64,000 nt of DNA. Origin: the human T2T-CHM13v2.0 reference genome, Homo sapiens. The stretch is taken from the NCBI RefSeq assembly GCF_009914755.1, contig NC_060942.1; one strand, 5' to 3'. The notes under the pieces are model-generated. The model saw only the letters and a program-made list of their open reading frames with translations. It was not told the DNA's origin and did no database searches. This document shows positions 30,593 through 48,130 of the stretch, in pieces. The first letter of the stretch is position 1, and each line of letters begins with the position of its first letter. The position numbers were made by a program, and so were the translations under genes.

Positions 30593-30632
30593 CCTATTGG
30601 TTCCATGTTTCTGGAGAAACCCAACTAATACA
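30145..30632 (+). mobile_element. MLT2 (older ERVL) solo LTR
   Basis: TTAATTTTACATGTCAATTTGGCTGGGCC...CTATTGGTTCCATGTTTCTGGAGAAACCCAACTAATACA. Confidence 0.8.
30549..30590 (+). repeat. (CA)n microsatellite, about 21 units
   Basis: Read directly. Confidence 0.95.
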
Positions 30633-30973
30633 CTAAGTAATTCAATCCTTCCCCCCTCTTCACCCTCCCCCCACACTTATCTGATACCTGTGGCTAAAGA
30701 AGGTGTTGGAGGAAGAGAAGTGGATAGCTTTTTTCATATGCTTATTATCCATTTTTCTACCTTCCTCTGTGAAGAGCCTTCCTTTGTGAAGAGCCATAAT
30801 GCTGCTTTTTCTCTTTTATTATTGATTTGTAGGAGATCTCTCTATCTCTGTCTCTATATGTTGTGAACATTTCCCCCAACAATGTGGCTTGTGTTCTCAT
30901 TTCTTAACATTGTCTTTTGCTGAGCAGAAAGTTTTGATTTTGGTGGAGCCAAATTTATCATTTTCTTTTATGA

Positions 30974-31425
<452 letters not shown>

Positions 31426-32446
31426 TAGAGGTCAAGGTCCTTTTCTGTTTCTTAAGGACATTCAGTTATTCCAGTACCATTTACTGAAAAGATTCCTTTC
31501 CCCTACTGAAATGCATTGGTGTTTTTGTTGAAAATCAAGTTACAAAATATGTATGAGTTTACTTCTCAATTTGATATTCTATTCCATTGATCTATATAAT
31601 TATCCATACACAATAACATATTGTCTTAACGATTATAGCTTTATAGTATATCCTGAAATCATCCAACCTCAATCTTTGAGAATTGTTTTGCTTATTCTAG
31701 GTCCTTCTGACATTTCCTACAAATTTTAGAATTAGCATATCAATTTTTACAAAAAGTCTGATGTGATTAAAACTGGGATTCATTTAACAATATTATATCT
31801 TAACTACATCAACTCTTCCAGTCTATGAACACAGATCTATGTTTATTCAGGTCTTCTTGAGCTTCTTCCAGCGGTGTTTTATAGTTTCAGCATAGAGGCC
31901 TTCCACATCTTTTGTTATATTTCTTCCTAAGTATTTTATGCTTTTTGATGCTCTGTAACTGGTATTTTTAAAATAAACTCTATTTTTAGAATAGTTTTAA
32001 AGAAAAATTGTGAGGAACAGAGTTTCCACATACTCCAAAGTCAGTTTCCTCTATTGTCAACAACTTACATTATAATGTATGGTACATTTGTCACAATTAA
32101 TGAACCAATATTGATACATTATTACTCACCAGACTCCAGAGTTTATTCAGATTTCCTTAGCTTTTACCCAGTCCTTTCTCTGTCCTAGGGTCCCATCCAG
32201 GATGTCACATTATTTTTAGTCATCATGTCGTCTTAGGTTCCTCTTGACTGTGACAGTTTCTCAAACTTTTCTTGTTTCTGATGATATTGGCAGGTGAGAG
32301 GAGTAAGAGTACTGGTCAGGTATTGTGTAGAATGTCCCTCAATTGGGAACTGTGGGTTTTTCTCATGATAAGAGTGGGGTTATGGGTTTTTGGCAGGAAG
32401 ACCACAGAAATAAACTGCCATTTTCATCATATCTTATCAATGGTAC

Positions 32447-32801
32447 TGCTATGATTTGAATGTCACCTCCAAAACTCATGTTGAAATTTAATTGCCAATG
32501 TAATGATATCAGGCAGTGGCGCCTTCAAGAGGTGATTAGGTTATAACACCTCTGCCCTAATGAATGGATTAATGTCATTATCACAGGAGTAGGTTCCTCA
32601 AAAAAAGGATGAGTTTGGCCAGGTTTCCTCTATCTGTCTCTTGTTCTTCCATCATGGGATAATGCAGCACAAGGCTTTTGCCACATGCTAGCACCATACT
32701 CTTGGATTTTCCAGTCTCTAGCACTGTGAAGAATAAATTTCTTTTCTTTATAAATTACCCCGTCTGTGGTATTCTGTTATAGCACAAAAAAGACTAAGAC
32801 A
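32447..32801 (+). mobile_element. MST (MaLR) solo LTR
   Basis: TGCTATGATTTGAATGTCACCTCCAAAACTCATGTTGAAAT...GGTATTCTGTTATAGCAC...GACTAAGACA. Confidence 0.85.
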
Positions 32802-32803
32802 GG

Positions 32804-33137
<334 letters not shown>

Positions 33138-33789
33138 CTATCAACATGACTTATCACTGTTGATTTTGACCTTGATCATCTGGCTGAGGCAGTGTTTGTC
33201 ATGTTTTCCACTGTAAAGTTACTTTGTTTCCCCTGTCCACACTATACTCATTGGAAAGAAGTCACTGTGCATAGCCACACTTAAGTGGTAGAGAGTTATG
33301 CTCCATTTCTTTTAGGGTAGTGTATCTACATAAATTATTTGGAATTCTTCTGCATATAATTTTCTCTGATCATCCACGAATTTATTTTGAATAAATAAAC
33401 AAATGATTGAATATCATTTGTTTATATCAGTGTGGACACTGGATATTTACTGTAAATCTGGGTTATAGTCTAATACTATTTTGTTGCACAAATTGTCCCA
33501 ACTTTGGTCTTTAGGGCATTTTTCAGTAGGCTTCTGTGTCCCTCTGACATACCTCCATCGGTGATTTTTCCTTTTGTTTGTTTCTTTATCACTCCCTAAC
33601 ATTCTGACACTACAAGATGCTCCAGGCTCATCTATGTTATGCCCCAGTCTTAGAATCAGCCATATCTCCAAGGAGCCTTGGTTCCTTTTGTTTGAGAATG
33701 GCTTTAGAAACCAAGATCTGGCAACTAGGTGTGCTCACTGCTACTGAGGAGTTGCTGCATAAAAATGACATTTTTAATATTTATTCATT

Positions 33790-34093
33790 ATTTAATTTTT
33801 ATTTTTATTTTATAGACAGGGTCTCCCTCTGCCACCCAGGCTGGAGTGCACTGGCACAATAATAGCTCACTGCAACCTCAAACTTCTGGGCTCAAGTGAT
33901 CCTCAAGCCTCAGCTTCCTGAGTAGCTAGAACGACAGAAGAGTGCCACCACATCTGGCTATTTTTTTTTTTTTTTGTAAAGATGGGTCTTGCTATGTTGC
34001 CCAGGCTAGTGTCAAACCACTGGCCTCAAGCAATTCTCCTGTCTCAGACCCCCAAAGTGCTGGCATTATAGACATGAGCCACATCTGGCCTGG
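33790..34093 (-). mobile_element. AluJ-like element
   Basis: Diverged antisense Alu (ATAGCTCACTGCAACCTCAAACTTCTGGGCTCAAG). Confidence 0.88.
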
Positions 34094-35113
34094 CATCTTT
34101 TAAATCTCATTTTCCAAATTTTTGTCGCTAGCATATAGAAATAGAAATAATTTTTAAACATTTACCTCTGTGATGGTTAATAATGAGTGTCAACTTGATT
34201 GGATTGAAAGATACAAAGTATTGATCCTGGGTGTGTCTGTGAGGGTTTTGCTAAAGGAGATTAACATTAGAGTCAGTGGGCTGGGAAAGGCAGACCCACC
34301 CTTAATTGGGTGGCACCATCTAATCAGCTGCCAGCAACTATAAAGCAGGCGGAAAAATGTGAGAAGTTGAGACTGGCCTAGCCCACCAGCCTATATCTTT
34401 CTCCTGTGCGGGACGCTTCCTGCCCTCAAACATTGGACTCCAAGTTCTACGGTTTTGAGACTGGGACTGGTTCTCCTTGTTCCTCAAGCTTGCAGACAGC
34501 CTGTTGTAGGATCTTGTGATCATGTAAGTTAATACTTAATAAACTCCCCTTTATACACATATAAAGGCTATCCTATTAGTTCTATCATATTAGTTCTGTC
34601 CCTCTGGAGAACCCTGACTAATATAGATTTTGAAACCAGGAGTGGTTCTAGAGGAACAAAATATTAAGGATGGAGTTCTTTTGTTGGTTTTGGGGTTTTC
34701 TGGAGTTGGCAGCTTAATATGATTCGACTCAAAAATACTAAGGACTCTACTTCTAATAGTATGGAGAACACTGATAGTCCTTAGCATAAACTGTTTAAGA
34801 AAGTTATGCAAAATAAATGCATTTGACACTTCTGAGTCACCACTCATGAGAGGCAAGGAGTTTAGTGACTCTATACATAATACCTTTGACCATGTGTGGA
34901 GAACCAAGGAACGTAATGAAGCTGGTTGGTTGCTCCTAAGTTCACTGGACAAAGTGATGAAATAAAATGATTAACTCAGGGATTCTGTCTCTTGGCTTCA
35001 GAAGCAGATACTGAGCCTCAAATCTGCTAAGACTACCCTGAGTGAGAATCTTATCTCCTGTAGAGAAAGAGCTGAAATTGTGGAAAAACAGACACAAGCT
35101 CTTATCATGCTAG

Positions 35114-35477
<364 letters not shown>

Positions 35478-35795
35478 TCTACTGTTAAAGTGAGGGCATT
35501 GACTGGAAAAGAATGGGACCCTGCAACTTGGAATGGGGACATGTGGGAGGACCCTGATGAAGCTGGGGACACTGAGTTTGTAACCTCTGATGAACCTTTG
35601 TTACCAGAAGGAACAGCTTCCCCACCCCCAGTAGTGGCAACATCCCCTCCCAGACCCATGCTGCCATCAGCCTTTCTACCTTTGTCTGAGAAGAAAAACT
35701 CTGCACTGCCTGAGGCAACAGTGATGGCCTCCCCTGAGGCAGTTGCTAGGCAAAATAATGTTGACTGTACTCAGGACGCACCTCTCAGGACGCAC

Positions 35796-38600
35796 ATCCC
35801 CATTCAACTCTCCCATTTGGCCTGTGCAGAAGACAGATGGATCTTGAAGAATGACAGTGGATTATCGTAAGCTTAACCAAGTGGTGACTCCAGTTGCAGC
35901 TGCTGTACCAGATGTGGTTTCATTGCTTGAGCAAATTAACACATCTCCTGGTACCTGGTATGCAGCCATTTACCAGGCAAATGCCTTTTTCTCCATTTCG
36001 TCCATAAGGCCCACCAGAAACAATTTACCTTCAGCTGGCAAGGCCAGCAATATACCTTTACTGTGCTACCTCAAGGGTATATCAACTCTCCAGGTTTGTG
36101 CCATAATCTTATTCGGAGAGACCTTGATCGCTTTTCGCTTCCAGAATATATCACACTGGTCCATCACATTGATGACATTATGCTGATTGGATCCAGTGGG
36201 CAAGCAGTAGCAAACACAGTGGACTTATTGGTAACACATTTGTGTGCCAGAGGATGGGATATGAATCTGACTAAAATTCAGGGACCTTCTACCTCAGTAA
36301 AATTTCTAGGGGTCCAGTGGTGTGGAGCCTGTCAAGATATTCCTTCTAAGGTGAAGGATAAATTGCTGCATTTGGTCCATCCTACAATCAAGAAAGGCAC
36401 AACACCTAATGGACCTATTTGGATTTTGGAGGCAACACATTCCTCATATGGGTGTGTTATTCTGGCCCATGTGGGGTCCAGGCAGTTGTGCAAGCTGCTC
36501 TGCCACTTAGGCCATATGACCCAGCAGATCCAATGGTGCTTGAGGCGTCAGTGGCAGAGAGGGATGCTGTTTGGAGCCTTTGGAAGGCCCCCATAGGTGA
36601 ATCACAGCAGAGACTTCTAGGATTTTGGAGCAAGGCCCTGCCATCTTCTCCAGATAACTACTCTCCTTTTGAGAGACAACTCTTGGCCTGTTACTGGGCT
36701 TTGGTGGAAACTGAACGTTTGACTACGGGTCATCAAGTCACCATGCGACCTGAACTTCCTATCATGAACTGGGTAATTTCTGGCTCATCTAGCCATAAAG
36801 TGGGTTGCGCACAGCAGCATTCCATCATCAAATGGAAGTGGTATATACGTGATCAGGCTCAAGTAGGTCCTGAGGCACAAGTAAGTTACATGAGGAAGTG
36901 GCTCAAATACACACGGTCTCCACTCCTGCCACCCTGCCTTCTCTCCCTCAGCCTGCACCGATGGCCTCATGGAGGGTTCCCTATGATCAGTTGACAGGAA
37001 GAGAAGGCTAGGGCCTGGTTCACCGATGGTTCTGCATGATATGCAGGCACCACCCAAAAGTGGACAGCTGTAGCACTACAGCCCCTTTCTAGGACATCCC
37101 TGAAGGATAGCGGTGAAGGGAAATCTTCCCAGTGGGCAGAACTTTGAGCAGTGCACCTGGTTGTGCATTTCGCATGGAAGGAGAAATGGCCAGATGTGCG
37201 ATCATATACTCATTCATGGGCTGTAGCCAGTGGTTTGGCTGGATGGTCAGGGACTTAGAAGAAGCATGATTGGAGAATTGGTGACAAAGAAATTTGGGGA
37301 AGAGGTATGTGGATGGATCTCCCTGAGTGGTCAAAAACTGAAGATATTTGTATCCCATGTATGTGTGACCTCAGCAGAGGAGGATTTTAATAATCAAGTG
37401 GATAGGATGACCTGTTCTGTGGACACCACTCAGCCTCTTTTCCTCAGCCACCCCTGTTATTGCCCAATGGGCCCATGAACAAAGTGGCCATGGTGGCAGG
37501 GATGGAGGTTAAGCATGGGCTCAGCAACATGAACTTCCACTCATTAAGGCTGACCTGGCTATGGCCACTGCTGAGTGACCAGTTTGCCAGCAGCAGAGAC
37601 CAACACTGAGCCCTTGATATGGCAGCACTTCTCAGGGTGATCAGCCAGCTACCTGGTGGCAGGTTGATTATATTGGACCTCGTCCATTATGAAAAGGGCA
37701 GAAGTTTGTCCCCACTGGAATAGACACTTATTCTGGATATGGGTTTGCCTACCCTGCATGCAATACTTCTGCCAAGACTACTATCCACGGACTCATGGAA
37801 TGCCTTATTCGCCGCCATGGTACTCCACACAGCATTGTCTCTGACCAAGGCACTCACTTTACGGCTAAAGAAGTGCGGCAGTGGGCTCATGCTCATGGAA
37901 TTCACTGGTCTTACCATGATCCCCATCATCCTGAAGCAGCTGGAATGATAGAACAGTGGAATAGTCTTTTGAAGTCACAATTACAATGCCAACTATGTGA
38001 CAATACTTTTCAGGGCCAGGACAAAGTTCTCCAGAAGGCCGTATATACTCTGAATCAGCATCCAATATATGGTACTGTCTCTCCCATAGCCAGGATTCAC
38101 AGGTCCAGGAATCAAGGGGTGAAAGCGGAAGTGGCACCACTCATCATCACCCCTAGTGATCCACTAGCAAAATTTTTGCTTCCTGTTCCCGCGACATTAC
38201 GTTCTTCTGGCCTAGAGGTCTTAGTTCCAGAGGGAGGGATATTGCCACCAGAAGACATGACAACAATCCCATTAAACTGGAGGTTAAGATTGCCACCTGG
38301 ACACTTTGGGCTCCTCCTACCTTTAAGTCAACAGGCTAAGGAGTTAGTGTTGGCTGGGGTGATTGACCCAGACTATCAAGATGAAAGCAGTCCACTACTC
38401 CACAACGGAGGTAAGGAATAGTATGCATGGAATACGGGAGATCCATTAGGATGTCTCTTAGTATTACCATGCCCTGTGATTAAGGTCAATGGGAAACTAC
38501 AATGGCCCAGACCCTTCAGGAATGAAGGTTTGGGTCACTCCACCAGGAAAAAAACCATGACCTGCTGAGGTGCTGGCTAAAGGCAGAGGGAATACAGAAT
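35796..38600 (+). pseudogene. HERV-L pol and dUTPase remnants
   Basis: RT: [24 protein letters not shown]. Linker/RNase H region: NYSPFERQLLACYWAL. Integrase: SDQGTHFTAKEV...AGMIEQWN. dUTPase: LPPGHFGLL...AGVIDPDYQ. Multiple frameshifts and stops. Confidence 0.9.
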
Positions 38601-40565
38601 GGGTAATAGAGAAGGTAGTCAATACCAGCTATGACCACGTGACCAGCTGCAGAACCGGGGACTGTAATTGTCACGAGTATTTTCTCTTTCTTTTGTTAAA
38701 AACATGTTTGTGCATGTCTACACTTGTACTAAGAAAATACCTTCATTTCCTTTATCATGTTCATAAGATTTATTGACTTGATATCAGCATTTAAGTATTG
38801 TTAACTTTATGTAATAGTATTTGGGTTGAGGATTGGTGCATTTCTGGTTATACGAACAATAGTTGTATCATGTTAGGCATAATTATGACCTTATTACTCT
38901 TTATTTGAAGATTATGTATGATCTCAGGAGATGTGTATGGGTTCAAGTTGACAACGAGTGGATTTGTGATGGTTGATATTGTCAACTTGATTGGATTGAA
39001 GGATACAAAGTATTCATCCTGGGTGTATCTGTGAGGGTTTTGCCAAAGGAGATTAACATTTGAGTCAGTGGGCTGGGAAGGGCAGACCCACCCTTAATTG
39101 GGTGGACACCATCTAATCAGCTGCCGGCAAATATAAAGCAGGCAAAAACACATAAAAAGTTGAGACTGGCCTAGCTTCTCAGCCTATATCTTTCTCCCAT
39201 GCAGGATGCTTCCTGCCCTCAAACATTGGACTCCCAGTTCTACAGTTTTGAGACTGGGACTGGCTCTCCTTGTTCCTCAAGCTTGCAGACAGCCTATTGT
39301 GGGATCTTGTGATCGTGTAAGTTAATGCTTAATAAACTCCATTTTATACATATATATATATCCTATTAGTTCTGTCCCTCTAGAGAACCCTAATACAACC
39401 TCGTATCCGATACTGTGAGTCACTTACTAGTTCTAGACATTTTTTATAAATTCCTTTGGGATTTTTGCATACATAATCACTTTGTCTGTGCATACAGTTC
39501 TTTTTCCTTTGTAAATCTACTATCTTTTTGTCTTGTCTTCTTATATTTGCTAGGGCCTCCATAACAATATTGAATAGAACTGGAGAAAGTGGCCATTCTT
39601 GCTTTGTTATTAACATTTTAAAGGAAAAGCGCATATCTCACCATTAATAATGATACTATCTGTAAATTTTTCATAGTTATGCTTTATCAAGTTGAGGAAA
39701 ATCTCTTCCATTCCTAGTTTGTCAAGAGCCCTTATCACGAATGGGTGTTGATATTATTTTTATTTTTATTTATTTTTGTTATGATTTTTAACAAGTTTTT
39801 CAAATGCATTTTTCTGAATCTATTGAGATGATTGTTTTCTCCTTTATTTTGTTGGTACAAATTTTTTATTTAGACGAGTCACGTTTATTGATATATAATT
39901 TACATAGTAAAATTCCCCACATATACAATTTTATGCATTTTCACAAAAGCAGAGTTGTGTAACTGCCATAAAAATTAAATAACTGTTCTATTACCCTGAG
40001 AATTCCATGTGACCCTTGGTAGTCAACTCCTTCTGCCACCACCATTCCCTGGAAATCACTGATCTGCTTTCTGTCCCTATAGTTTTTCTGGTATGTCATA
40101 TAAATGGTATTATATGTAGTCTTTTGAGTCTAGTTTCTTTCATTTAGCAATTCATTTGAAAATTGAAAAATGAATTTCCTTTGAAATTCATCCATGTTAT
40201 TGTATATTTCCTTTTTATTGCTAAGTATTCTGTTGTACAGATGTACCACAGTTTCTAATCACCTCACAGTTGAAAATATTTTGATTTTCCAATTCAGGGC
40301 AATTATGAATTTAAAATGCTATAAATATTCATATACAGGTTTTAGTGGAACTGCTGGGTCATACTGTAAGTGTATGTTTAACTTTATAAAGAAAGTCCCA
40401 AAACGTTTTCCAAAGTGGTTGTACCATTTTTTATTCCCCCAACAGTGTATGAGAGTTTTAGCTGCAAATACTAGCATTATATTATTTTCTGGTTATTCTA
40501 ACAGGCACATATGATATCTTATTGTAGTTTTAAGTTACATTTGCTTAAAGACTAATGGTGTTTAG

Positions 40566-40939
<374 letters not shown>

Positions 40940-41078
40940 TAGAATTGAGTTGTTTACACACATATACATTGTATTTTCCTCTGGATACAGATATGTCTTT
41001 TGCAAATATTTTCTTCCAGCCTAGACCTCATCATTTCAGTTTTTAAATAATGTGTTTTTTTTTTTTTAAATAAAGCTT

Positions 41079-41818
<740 letters not shown>

Positions 41819-42527
41819 TGATATAAGAAACCTTTGCCTAACACAAGAGCATAAAGGTGTTTTCCTCTATATTTTTCAGTTTTAGGAATTATTTTTGGTA
41901 TATAATCTAGTTTTTCTTAATAATGCCTTCATTTAGAGTCAACTGACTGTTAATTATTGACATATTTTATGCAATTTTTAAGCAAATGACGTTTACAAAC
42001 TGTTTGCTCGTGTACACTTTTTTTTAAAAAAAAAAAAAATAGACTTCAGTTTTTTACACCAGTTTTAGGTTCTTAGCAAATTGAGGGGAAAGTACAGAGT
42101 TCCCTTATACCACCTACCCCCACACATGCACAACCTCTCCCACTGTCAACATCCCACACCTGAGTGGTAGATTTGTTAATAATCAATGAACTTACATTGA
42201 CAAAATATTATGACCTAAAGTTCATAGTTTATGCTAGGGTTCACTCTTTGCGTTATACATTTTATAGGTTTTGACAAATTCATAATGAAATGCCTCCACC
42301 ATTATTTAGAATAGTTTAACTGCTGTAAAGATCCTGTGCCCTGCCTGTTCATTCCTCCTTCCCTAACCCCTGGAACCACTGATCTTTTTACTATCTTTAT
42401 AGTGTTACTTTTTCCTGAGTGTCATATAGTTGAAATAATGCATTATATAGCCTTTTCAGACTGGCTTCCTTAATAACATGCATCTAATGTTCCTTCATGT
42501 CTTTTCATCATTGATAGCTCATTTCTT

Positions 42528-42827
<300 letters not shown>

Positions 42828-43102
42828 TGCTCATTTCTTTTTAACAATGAAAAATATTCCACTCTCTGGATATACCACAGTTTATTTTTCCATTCACCTA
42901 CTGAAAGACATCTTGGTTGCTTTCAAATTTTGGCAATTATGACTGAAACTCCTAAAAATATCCATGTGTGGGTTCGTTTTTTTTGTGTGTGTGTTAAGTT
43001 TTCAACTCATTTGGGTAAATACCAAGGAGTATCATTACTGGATCATATGGTAAGAGTACGTTCAGTTTTAAGAGAAACTTCTATACTGTCTTCCAAAGTA
43101 GC

Positions 43103-43262
43103 TGATATGATTTGGATCTGTGTCTCCACTGAAATCTCATGTCTAATTGTAACCCTCGGTGTTAGGGGTGGGGTCTGGTGGGAGGTGATTTAATCATGGG
43201 GGTGGATTTTCCCCTCGGTACTGTGTGGTAATATTGAGTCTGTTCTTGTGAGATTTAGTCAC
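43103..43262 (+). mobile_element. Truncated MSTA-like MaLR LTR (5' part)
   Basis: TGATATGATTTGGATCTGTGTCTCCAC...GGGAGGTGATTTAATCATGGGGG, then the similarity stops. Confidence 0.75.
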
Positions 43263-45295
43263 TCCTCTCCATCTACTCCTAAGATCTTATATGAAAGAAA
43301 AAAATTCACCAAAGATGATTAAAAAAGAATAAGAACCAGAGGCAAGGAGGAAAATAATTTGTATATTGTTTACATGAAGGATTAAATCCAATTAAATTTG
43401 TGATTTTATTAAATCTTTTTCAACTCTGAAAAAAGCAGCACAGTAAGGGACATAGCTTGACCAGTTATTAAAACACAGTATAAAGCCTCCATAATTAAAA
43501 CAGCATGGTACTGACACTTGAATGGACTGATTACTAATAGAACAGAATAGAAAGCACAGAAATAGATATAAATACACACAGGAATGTGGGTTTTAAAAGT
43601 GGCTTATAAAAGTAAGAGAGCTGAATTATGAAATGATCCTTTACAGAGAGAAAAATGAGAAAGCCCCTCAATTCTTGGAGGAGGAAGGCTCTGAATGGGA
43701 TCTTTACTTTCCCTCCTTCTATCCATGGTGTTGGATTTGTCTGAGCTAAAATAAAATGCGCTCACTGTAACTTTGTGTTCCTTTCTAAATTCAGGTAATT
43801 TGGGGCAGCTGGACAGCAGTAGAGTTTCTGCTTCATTAAGCCTCCATTCACCACCACGCTCTTCAAAGCACCCCCTATTCCCCAGGCTTGGCCCTCCACC
43901 TCAGGCTCTGCATCTCTCCTGCTGTGGGCCAGCTGTTCCTGGGCTGTAATGTGAAGGCTCTTCAGAGGTCATAGGCCCTTCCCAACCCTCACCGAGGCCT
44001 AAGCCCAGATATATATGAAAGCAGAAAGCTGCTCTACATGTGGCTAGCACTCCACCTGGATTTAAGCCCCAGAATTCGGATTGGTCTGAGGGCAGTGTGG
44101 TTATCACAGAATTTAAAAACTCCCCAAGTTGTTCTAATATGTAGCTAAGATTGAGAACAGCCACTTTACATTTTTAGCTTTCTCTCCATACATTTTGGTA
44201 GATCATTCTCTGATGATGCATGAATAAGATAATGTTAAGTAAAAGCATTATAAGCTACAATGTTATGCATTAATATCAGAACCTTCAGGATGGGGAGAAC
44301 AGGGTGAATTTGAGTAGGGATGCTCACATTTTAGCTGCTAATCAGTAGCACATTTGTGCTGGGGAACATGGTGAGGCCTTTTGTTACAAATGTTGATTTC
44401 AGATCCATCTATCTCTTTCATGTTTCTTCTAATAGCTCTATTGCTGCCAATTACAGAAAGTGCCGATGGTCTCACTGGTATTCTTAGGTGAGCACGTTTC
44501 ATAAGGAAGCATCCCTGTTAGCCAGCCCGAGTTGGAGGGTTTCCCCTCCACAACCCTCTCCCTCAAGAAAGCACAAAAAGATACTCTTTTTGAGCAGCCA
44601 TGCATTCTGTTTCTGTTTCTTAATTTAAAAGCATGCTAACCTGTTCACAATCCCTTGTGGGTCACCTTTTAAAAATATTTTTGTAGCTAACTTTGTAATA
44701 TTTTTAAGTTTCTACACTTTGCATTTAACTTTTAATTTAAACCTCATTTATTTAAAAATATATGTGTCAAACTTATTTTATTCATCAGTTCACTCAGTGG
44801 TTTTTAAGTTACCTTTATCATAATACTAGCCTTTAGTATCCAGTTTCATTTACACATTAAAAAATAATATACACTGAATTTTATAAATTTCTATCTTGCT
44901 TAGTATAAAGTTTTATTAAAAAACTATCATGTGCTGGAGAAGTAGGAATTCAGATTTGAGTTTTACAAAATTCATTCTGGTAACAAGAAAAGCTCCTGAT
45001 TTGTCAGTTTCAGTTATCCTCTAATTTGCCTTCAAATTCTAAATGATTGGAAGGCGAAATGGGGCAAGGGGCCTCAAGAGGGAAAGTTTTGCAGACCTTT
45101 TAGGTTCTCCTAGGGTCTGGAAGTCCTTTCTGAGGTCATATATATGTACTTTACTTGTGCAATTTTATATTTTGTTTCTCCCTAACAGGACTATGTACAC
45201 TTATAAGCAGGGATAGGTACAGTTCTCAGATGCTTCCATAAAAATTCAGCACCATGCTAAGTACAGGGTAGGGTATTAGTAAATAATTCTTGCAG

Positions 45296-45625
<330 letters not shown>

Positions 45626-45785
45626 CTAGTAATGTGTTTACCTGGTCATGTGTATACAAATACAGATAATTGTAGATAATGTAGCATATACAATTATAAA
45701 CAAATGCACTACTATTTTTTAATAGGAATTGTGAAAAACAATTTATTGGAATGCTGTGTTTTTCAGGCACAACCTGCAGTGGTAT

Positions 45786-46190
45786 TGAGGCAGGACAATG
45801 GGGTCTGGAGGCAGAGAACATAAGGCCAATTCATGCTGATTTCCTAGAACTAAATCAAATGGAAACACTTCAGCTATGATAGGAAACATCCTCTCCATTT
45901 ACATAGGGTGTACACCAAGTGAATGACTTTGTAACTTTACTTCATCATCTTCATTTACATAGTGTGTACACCAAGTAACCAATGGAAACCTCTAGAGGGT
46001 ATTTAAATCCCAGACAATTCCGTAACGGGCCTCTTGAGACCCTATGCTTGGGCCCGCTCCCACCCTGTGGCGTGTACTTTCATTTTCAATACATCTCTGC
46101 TTTTGTTGCTTCATTCTTTCCTTGCTTTCTGCATTTTGTCCAATTCTTTCTTCAAGATGCCAGGAACCTGGACACCCTCCATTGGTAACA
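45786..46190 (+). mobile_element. ERV1 solo LTR (MER51/MER61/LTR15-like)
   Basis: TGAGGCAGG...GGGTCTGGAGGCAG...GGTAACA, with CCAAT, TATTTAAA and 4-bp TSD GTAT/GTAC. Confidence 0.82.
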
Positions 46191-46400
46191 GTACCACAAA
46201 CAGCAGATTTGTGAAACTGCATGCTCTTTAAGTTCTTATCAACTTTTCTAGAACAATGAATTATCTTTTGTCACTATAGAAAATATTTCAAAATATAAAG
46301 ATGCACTCGAGAAATGCAATAATGTAGAAAAAATGTTTATAGTGATATGTCAAGCAGTTAATTAATAAAATTTTTTTCTAGGCTTTGTGGTATTGCTCAA

Positions 46401-47231
<831 letters not shown>

Positions 47232-47699
47232 AGTCAGCTTTTAAAATCTTGAATTGCCATGACCTTTCTCATTCTTAATGAACACTGACTTTCATACCTC
47301 TTAGTATAATACTAGTATTCCCAGTACTGCATTTTCCTAAATAAGGACCCTAAATTGTCTAATTTCCACCTCCACAAAACCTGGACCTACCCTTGTGTAT
47401 ATGCTCACATCCTGAGCCTTCACACATGGTGCTATCTTCACTTGGAATGAGTCTGCTGAACTGATCCACCTGAAAATTCTGTTCTTCGTTTGGTTCTTTG
47501 CCAGAAGTTTGTCCTCCTTGTCAGAGCAGTTCCTCCATCCCCACCACCCATAATACTTTACAAAGAGCTGCTTTAGCACTTACTGCATTAGAATGTGGTT
47601 ACCTTACATTACAGATGCATGTGTGTGTGCCTTGCTAGACCAGGAATGGACTGGCTCTGTCATTTTGATTCTCTCAGAAAGGGAGGGAGAGGAGACAGA

Positions 47700-48130
47700 G
47701 GACAGGTAGAGAATCAGAATTTGTGTTCATCACCAGACAGACATGGAGTCCATCACTGACTAGCTGTGAGATGTTGGGCAAGTTTCTCTCAGTGCTTCAG
47801 TTTCTTTGCCGTAAAACCACTTGCTGAAATACCACTTGCCTTACAGGTTGTTTTGAGGATTAAGTGAGAAGATGTAGGTGAAAAGACCTAGCCAGCAATC
47901 TGGGTAAAGCCTAAGGGCACAGGATCTGGAATGAGGTGCCCTGACTTTGAATTTCATTTTTCTCACCTGCTAGTGTGTGACTTGGGGCAAGTTATTTCAC
48001 TTCACCTCAATGTGTCTATCATGTTATGGAGACAAGAGCATCTACCTCACAGGACCACTATGATGGTTAAATGAGCTAGCCAGTGCCTGGCACATAAGGA
48101 GGAATCAATAAATATTGGCTATTAGACATT
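47700..48130 (+). mobile_element. Two MIR fragments
   Basis: TTGGGCAAGTTTCTCTCAGTGCTTCAGTTTC; GTGTGACTTGGGGCAAGTTATTTCAC...CAGTGCCTGGCACATA. Confidence 0.7.

Noticed and set aside
38421-38964. env gene in the HERV-L provirus
   Set aside because: Only ~540 bp between dUTPase and the 3' LTR, with no suitable ORF. HERV-L lacks env.
45245-45265. TTCAGCACCATG as a REST/RE1 site
   Set aside because: Left half only, with no GGACAG right half.
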